NCBI GenBank assembly: GCA_013152275.1
Contig: JAADGS010000045.1
Span: 1-64,000 of the forward strand
DNA: 64,000 nt
Source of the DNA: Actinomycetota bacterium
GTDB taxonomy: Bacteria > Actinomycetota > Acidimicrobiia > Spongiisociales > UBA4744
Direction: 5' to 3'
A program made the position numbers and the translations under genes. Positions within the stretch are counted from its first letter, which is position 1. Every line of letters begins with the position of its first letter. Shown here in pieces: positions 58,746-64,000 of this stretch. Under the pieces are notes generated by a model that was not told the origin of the DNA, did not search any database, and saw nothing but the letters and a program-made list of their open reading frames with translations.

Positions 58746-59660
58746 ATGCGACGTGCGCTCGAACGGCTTCTCAACCTTCTCGCCTTCCTGCTCACGGCCG
58801 ACCGACCGGTCACGGCCGAGGAGATACGCATCACCGTGGCAGGATACGCCCAGGATTCCGACGACGCCTTCCACCGGATGTTCGAACGTGACAAGGACCT
58901 TCTCCGACGGATGGGCATCCCGATCGAGCTTCGCCCGACAGACACGTGGGAAGTCGAGTACGGCTACTTTCTTCACCCTGACGCCTATCAGCTTCCCGAC
59001 CCTGACCTCTCCGATGAGGAGCGAGCCGCCCTCTGGCTCGCTGCGCAAGTCGTTCGGCTGGGTGGTCAGCCGTCAGGAGCCGATGCTCTCATGAAACTCG
59101 GGGGACTGGCGATGAGCGGAGGGGGAGAGCCCCTCGCCGCAGATCTTGGATCGGGCGCCGAGGATCTCTCCACGGCCCATTTGGCGGCGACAGAGCGCCG
59201 AATGCTCTCGTTCACCTATCGGGGTCGACGTCGCACTGTCCAACCGATGGGGATCCTGCACCAGCGAGGACACTGGTATCTGATTGCCAGAGACCGGGAA
59301 GAGATGCGCGCGTACCGGGTCGACCGTGCGTCGGCGTTCGCCCTGGGAGATCATCCTGGAGCGTTCACCCGACCGGCCGGCTTCAGTTTGAAAGATGCCC
59401 TCCCTGGGAAACCGTGGGCCGCGGGGGAAGCCGACATCATCGCCAAGGTCGTATTCGATGCCGACACCGCATGGTGGGCGAAGCGGCAACTTGGCGCCAA
59501 TGCGGTCGAGCGGCCGGACGGAGCTCTGGAAGCCGAACTGCGGGTGGCGAATCCAGACGCCTTCATTGGTTGGATACTCGGCTTCGAGGACAAGGCGGAG
59601 ATCCTGCAGCCCGAACACCTCCGGCAGGCGTTGATCGACCGGGTCCGGGAGCGATCGTGA
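58746..59660 (+). CDS. pafB: HTH-WYL transcriptional regulator PafB
   Basis: ERLLNL, RMFERDKDLLR, HWYL, YRVDR. Confidence 0.92.
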   Translation: MRRALERLLNLLAFLLTADRPVTAEEIRITVAGYAQDSDDAFHRMFERDKDLLRRMGIPIELRPTDTWEVEYGYFLHPDAYQLPDPDLSDEERAALWLAAQVVRLGGQPSGADALMKLGGLAMSGGGEPLAADLGSGAEDLSTAHLAATERRMLSFTYRGRRRTVQPMGILHQRGHWYLIARDREEMRAYRVDRASAFALGDHPGAFTRPAGFSLKDALPGKPWAAGEADIIAKVVFDADTAWWAKRQLGANAVERPDGALEAELRVANPDAFIGWILGFEDKAEILQPEHLRQALIDRVRERS

Positions 59661-60589
59661 GCAAGACGATGCACCGCCTGACGCGGATCCTCTCGATGGT
59701 TCCCTGGGTGATTGCCAACCCGGGAGCCACGGTGCAAGAGGTGTGCGATCGCTTCGGCTACTCACGAAGCACACTCATCAAGGACCTGGACCTCGTATTC
59801 GTCTGTGGGCTTCCCGGCTACGGACCGGGCGATCTGATGATCGCCTACGTGGACGAGGAGGAGGTTGTCATCGACATGGCCGACTACTTCTCCCACTCGC
59901 TGCGTCTCAGCGCCTCGGAGGCGCTGGCGCTCGTCGCCGCGGCGGAGACCCTCATCGCTACCGAGCAGGCACCACCTGCGCTGCAAAGTGCCGTCGACAA
60001 ACTGACCACTGCGCTTGGTATTTCGGCCGACGAGACACTCGCCATCGAGATCGAAGGAGAGCCGGCCCTCGTCACCATGCTGCGCGATGCAGCTGCGGAC
60101 GGACGAGTGATCGATCTGACCTACACCTCGCTGAACAAGGGTGAAACGACCCGACGACCCGTCGAACCATGGTCGGTCTTCCTGACGATGGGGAACTGGT
60201 ACCTGTCGGGCTTCTGCCGCTCCGCCGGAGCCGAACGGGTCTTTCGCGTCGACCGAATCCGATCCGCCGTACCGACCGAGGAACGGTTCATCCCCAATCC
60301 CGAACCGCCACCCCCGGTGCTGCGGTACACGCCTTCGGAGGATGACGTGCGGGCAACGATCCGTCTCGAGCCGCGCGCCGCGTGGGTCGCCGACTATTAC
60401 CCGGTCGACATCGTTTCCACAGATCCTTTCGTGATTCGCTTTTCGGCGTCCGATCCAAGCGTCGCCGCGAGGCTCCTCGTGCGCCTGGGCAAGGATGCCG
60501 AACTGCTCGAAGGGGTCGAAACCGCAGCAGCAACCGCCTCTCTGCGTCGCAGGGTGCTTGCCCGCTACGAGGTGACCATTTCGGAATAG
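59657..60589 (+). CDS. pafC: HTH-WYL transcriptional regulator PafC
   Basis: GTGA overlap; CGLPGYGPGDL, NWYL, FRVDRI. Confidence 0.92.
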   Translation: MSKTMHRLTRILSMVPWVIANPGATVQEVCDRFGYSRSTLIKDLDLVFVCGLPGYGPGDLMIAYVDEEEVVIDMADYFSHSLRLSASEALALVAAAETLIATEQAPPALQSAVDKLTTALGISADETLAIEIEGEPALVTMLRDAAADGRVIDLTYTSLNKGETTRRPVEPWSVFLTMGNWYLSGFCRSAGAERVFRVDRIRSAVPTEERFIPNPEPPPPVLRYTPSEDDVRATIRLEPRAAWVADYYPVDIVSTDPFVIRFSASDPSVAARLLVRLGKDAELLEGVETAAATASLRRRVLARYEVTISE

Positions 60590-60651
60590 TCACTTCAGAG
60601 CGCGTTCGTGAAGGCCGATATACGGATCATGAACGGTGAGCGGAGCGCCGA

Positions 60652-60951
60652 ATGACCACAATCAAAACAACGTGTGAGCACTGCGGGGATGTCGAATTGC
60701 ACCCCGCCGATCTTGCCCTCGAACTCGATCCAACTGCAGATTCGGGCACCTATCTGTTCACGTGCCCGGCGTGCGGAGATCTCCAACGGCGACCGGCCAA
60801 TCCCCGTGTTGTAAATGTGCTGCTCGCCACCGGTGTCAGCTATGACGTGGTCGTTCCCGAACCCGGGCCCATCACTGCCGACGAAATCGAGCGATTCGTG
60901 CATGCTCTTGACAGGGAAGAGGATCTCTGGAGGATGCTTCCCTCGTCGTAG
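60652..60951 (+). CDS. Zn-ribbon hypothetical protein
   Basis: CEHCGDV...YLFTCPACG; GGAG RBS. Confidence 0.8.
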   Translation: MTTIKTTCEHCGDVELHPADLALELDPTADSGTYLFTCPACGDLQRRPANPRVVNVLLATGVSYDVVVPEPGPITADEIERFVHALDREEDLWRMLPSS

Positions 60952-61048
60952 GAGCCGGCCGAGTGATGCGAGGCTCGCATCCTCACTACCCCGACACAAG
61001 GCCGTTACGGCAGCTTCCCCCTGCTGGCGCGTCGCGATACGACATGTC

Positions 61049-61146
61049 AAGTACCAGATGCCAGGTGCAAAGTACGAGGTATGAAAAGGGAAGCACCGGG
61101 TACCAGGCACGAGATACGGAGTACAAGGCGCCAAACACCAAATACG
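61049..61146. repeat. Degenerate heptamer tandem array (14 units, consensus about ARGTACS)
   Basis: AAGTACC AGATGCC AGGTGCA AAGTACG AGGTATG ... AAATACG in exact 7-nt register. Confidence 0.75.
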
Positions 61147-61178
61147 GTGATCGAAGCGAGCCCTAACATATAGATGTT

Positions 61179-61664
61179 GTGTTCTTCGACGTCAGTCCTA
61201 CCGAACTCGTTTTCATCTTCCTCGTGGCACTGGTTGTGTTCGGTCCGCGACGCCTGCCGGAGATGGCGAAGAAGATCGCCTCGCTGGTTCGCGAGATCCA
61301 ATCGACGGTGGGGGACCTCCAACGCGGACTCGAAAGCGAGGTCAAGGATCTGACGGCGCCCATCAAAGATCTGACGGAACCTCTGAAGGAACTCTCACAG
61401 CCGATCAGGGACCTTGCCAAGCCGCTCGAGGATGTCACCAAGCCGCTCGAGGATGTCACCAAGGCGCTCGAGGATGTCACCAAGCCGCCCGTGGATGTCA
61501 CCAAGCCGCCCGTGGATGGCACCAAGCCGCCCGTGGATGTCACCAAGCCGCCCGTGGATGGCACCAAGCCGCCCGATGCCGGGGACGAAGTCCTCACAGA
61601 AGATGCGGAATCTGCGCAAGATGCCGGCGACGCAGCACCCAACGATGGACCTGAGGATGAGTAA
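61179..61664 (+). CDS. tatB: Tat translocase TatA/TatB subunit with repeat tail
   Basis: ELVFIFLVALVVFGPRRLPEMA; upstream of tatC. Confidence 0.85.
   Translation: MFFDVSPTELVFIFLVALVVFGPRRLPEMAKKIASLVREIQSTVGDLQRGLESEVKDLTAPIKDLTEPLKELSQPIRDLAKPLEDVTKPLEDVTKALEDVTKPPVDVTKPPVDGTKPPVDVTKPPVDGTKPPDAGDEVLTEDAESAQDAGDAAPNDGPEDE
61417..61574. repeat. 21-bp coding VNTR (about 7.5 units; KPLEDVT/KPPVDVT)
   Basis: CCAAGCCGCTCGAGGATGTCA and CCAAGCCGCCCGTGGATGKCA units. Confidence 0.95.
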
Positions 61665-62370
61665 AGACCAACCACGCCCCGTTCTGGAGCACCTCGACGA
61701 ACTGCGGTGGCGTCTCGTCAAGAGTGCGATCGCGTTGACCATCGGCGCCATCGTGGCGTTCTTGTTTCGGGAGCAACTCTTCGATGTCCTTGCCAAGCCC
61801 TACCGGCTCGCACTCCCGGGACAGGAACTCAACCAGTTCCAGGTGACGGAGGGCTTCTCGATCGCAATGCGGCTCTCTCTCTTTGGCGGGGCCTTCCTTG
61901 CCAGCCCCGTCCTCTTCTACCAGTTGTGGGCATTCGTGAACCCTGCGCTCACGAAGAAAGAGAAGAAGTGGACAATCCCGATCGTGACCGCTCTCGTGGT
62001 GCTGTTCACCGGCGGCGCCGCGTTTGGTTACTACATCCTCCCCAGAGGACTCGTGTTCCTTCTCGGCATCCAGCCGGGACTCACGTCGGTGATCGGGGCT
62101 TCGGACTATTTCGGTCTCACACTTCGATTCCTCCTCGTGTTCGGCGTCGCATTCGAGTTTCCCGTGTTCCTGTTCGCCGCCGCGGCCGTTGGCCTGATCA
62201 GCTCCACTCAGCTCAAGAAGGGCCGTCGATGGGCGGTGCTCATCATCGTCGTCGTGGGCGCCGTCGTGACCCCGACGGGCGACCCCCTGACACTGACCGC
62301 TCTTTCGGTGCCCCTCTACGTGTTGTATGAAATGACGATCTGGCTGGTGAAGCTGGCGCTGCATAAATGA
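61657..62370 (+). CDS. tatC: Tat translocase TatC
   Basis: LEHLDELRWRL, YQLWAFVNPAL, FGVAFEFP, TPTGDP. Confidence 0.96.
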   Translation: MSKDQPRPVLEHLDELRWRLVKSAIALTIGAIVAFLFREQLFDVLAKPYRLALPGQELNQFQVTEGFSIAMRLSLFGGAFLASPVLFYQLWAFVNPALTKKEKKWTIPIVTALVVLFTGGAAFGYYILPRGLVFLLGIQPGLTSVIGASDYFGLTLRFLLVFGVAFEFPVFLFAAAAVGLISSTQLKKGRRWAVLIIVVVGAVVTPTGDPLTLTALSVPLYVLYEMTIWLVKLALHK

Positions 62371-64000
62371 TCGGGTTCGACCTCGATTTCGAACCGGACG
62401 CGTTCCAGCTCGAGGCTGCAGATCGAATCCGGTCCGGAGCGTCCGTCGTCGTGACCGCCCCCACGGGATCGGGCAAGACACTCGTTGCCGAGGTCGCGAT
62501 TCGAGAGGCTCTGTCCCGAGGAAAGAAGGCCTTTTACACGACACCGCTCAAAGCACTGTCCAACCAGAAATTCAACGACTTACGAAAGCAGTTTCCACAT
62601 GTGGGGCTGCTGACCGGAGACAACACGATCAATGGTGACGCGCCGCTGGTGGTGATGACGACCGAGGTCATTCGGAACATGATCTATGCGGGCTCTGAAG
62701 CACTTGACGGTCTCGAAGTCGTGATTCTGGACGAGGTTCACTATCTCCAAGACCGGTTTCGTGGACAAGTGTGGGAGGAGATCATCGTCCACGCTCCGGC
62801 GAAGACTCAGCTCGTATGCCTCTCCGCGACCTTGTCCAACGCCGACGAGTTCACGGCATGGGTCCGCAGCAGACGGGGGAGAACGAGTCTCATACAGGCC
62901 GAGCGGCGTCCGGTCCCGCTGGTCAATCTCTATGCAGTGAAAGATCGATGGAGTGACGAAGTCTTCATGGACGAAATGCTCAGAGAGCACAGAGCCAACA
63001 AATCCATCGAGTCACGCATAGGCGGGAAGAAGGCCCGTCGCTACGGAACCCCGCGGCGAACCGAGATCGTGTCGGCCTTGGCCGGCAAGAGCATGCTCCC
63101 CGCCATCTATTTCATCTTCTCGAGAGCAGGTTGCAACGATGCTGCCAGGAGACTCGTCTCGTCCGGCGCAAGGTTCACCGACGCGCCGGCACGTGACAGC
63201 ATTCGCCGAGTCGCCGAAGAGAAGACAGCCCATCTCGATTCCGGTGATCTCGCCGTTCTCGAATACGAGGCATGGTTGACGGGCCTGCAGGCGGGGATCG
63301 CTCCTCACCACGCAGGGATGGTGCCGGCGTTCAAAGAAACTGTCGAAGAGCTTTTCGCCCGAGGCCTGATCAAGGTCGTCTTCGCCACCGAGACGCTCTC
63401 CCTTGGCATCAACATGCCCGCGCGCACCGTCGTTCTCGAGAGTCTCAGTCGCTTCACCGGAGAAACCCACGAACTGCTCAGGGCCGGCGACTACACACAG
63501 CTGACCGGCAGGGCGGGACGACGCGGGATCGACGAAGTTGGATACGGCGTGGTACTGCACTCGCGATTCGTCCCCTTTGCACAGGTCGCCAAACTCGCCG
63601 CCACCGGGTCACATTCACTCCAATCGAGTTTCCGACCCACCTACAACATGGCAGTGAACTTGGTCGCCAACTACTCGCGGGAGCGGGCAGAGAAGCTGTT
63701 GAACGCATCATTCGGCCAGTTTCAGGCGTCGAAAGCGATACGCAAGAAAGTGCGGTCACTCCAGCGTCGAGAAGCCGAGCTCGAGTCATTGTGGGACGCA
63801 GCGTCGTGCGACCGGGGAGACGTGGCTGAATACCGGGAGCTTCTCAACGCTTCTACGACGCGAGCATCGTCTCCCACGGACGGACTGCGTCGCGGGCAAG
63901 TGATCGAGGTCGTCTCAGGAGGCAAGGCCGGTCGATACGTGGTCGTGAAACGCCGGCAGGGTGAGAGAGTCGAACTCGTCGTGATCTCGACACGAGGCAA
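62367..64000 (+). CDS. helY: Ski2-like DEAD/DEAH helicase HelY (runs off the window)
   Basis: ATGA overlap; APTGSGKT, KALSNQK, DEVH, LSAT, GINMPAR, GRAGRRG read from the sequence. Confidence 0.92.
   Translation, partial: MIGFDLDFEPDAFQLEAADRIRSGASVVVTAPTGSGKTLVAEVAIREALSRGKKAFYTTPLKALSNQKFNDLRKQFPHVGLLTGDNTINGDAPLVVMTTEVIRNMIYAGSEALDGLEVVILDEVHYLQDRFRGQVWEEIIVHAPAKTQLVCLSATLSNADEFTAWVRSRRGRTSLIQAERRPVPLVNLYAVKDRWSDEVFMDEMLREHRANKSIESRIGGKKARRYGTPRRTEIVSALAGKSMLPAIYFIFSRAGCNDAARRLVSSGARFTDAPARDSIRRVAEEKTAHLDSGDLAVLEYEAWLTGLQAGIAPHHAGMVPAFKETVEELFARGLIKVVFATETLSLGINMPARTVVLESLSRFTGETHELLRAGDYTQLTGRAGRRGIDEVGYGVVLHSRFVPFAQVAKLAATGSHSLQSSFRPTYNMAVNLVANYSRERAEKLLNASFGQFQASKAIRKKVRSLQRREAELESLWDAASCDRGDVAEYRELLNASTTRASSPTDGLRRGQVIEVVSGGKAGRYVVVKRRQGERVELVVISTRG

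Overview
GC-rich actinobacterial chromosome segment, probably Acidimicrobiia-like (inferred from the complete arc-dop-pup-prcBA-pafABC-tat-helY locus). It has three parts. (1) ~1-12.3 kb is a decayed accessory island. Four direct-orientation relics combine a tRNA-Leu-like 3' core (CCTCCGACAC) with the antisense C-terminal tail of a large serine recombinase, dividing the island into small cargo units. The cargo is a secreted Cys peptide/lipoprotein/ABC exporter module, orphan lipoprotein paralogues, a MazEF-type TA pair, an intact and a decayed SEC-C gene, and a broken recombinase. (2) 12.3-48.5 kb is metabolic. It holds TatD, FadD, a minimal 'unknown membrane protein-RnfC-RnfD-ApbE' operon, an orphan PAS kinase, a sulfur-assimilation operon behind a Cys-rich leader-peptide attenuator, an E. 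coli-type FadR with its operator plus AgpS-like/GlpD genes, an unexplained HD-PrpD-homoaconitase-dehydrogenase-CitDE-CitF tricarboxylate operon, FTCD and transporters. (3) 48.9-64 kb is core: ttuB-ttuA-trmI, ferredoxin, and the Pup-proteasome/Tat/HelY locus. No rRNA, intact tRNA or CRISPR array was seen. All calls come from reading motifs by eye; no database searches were run.
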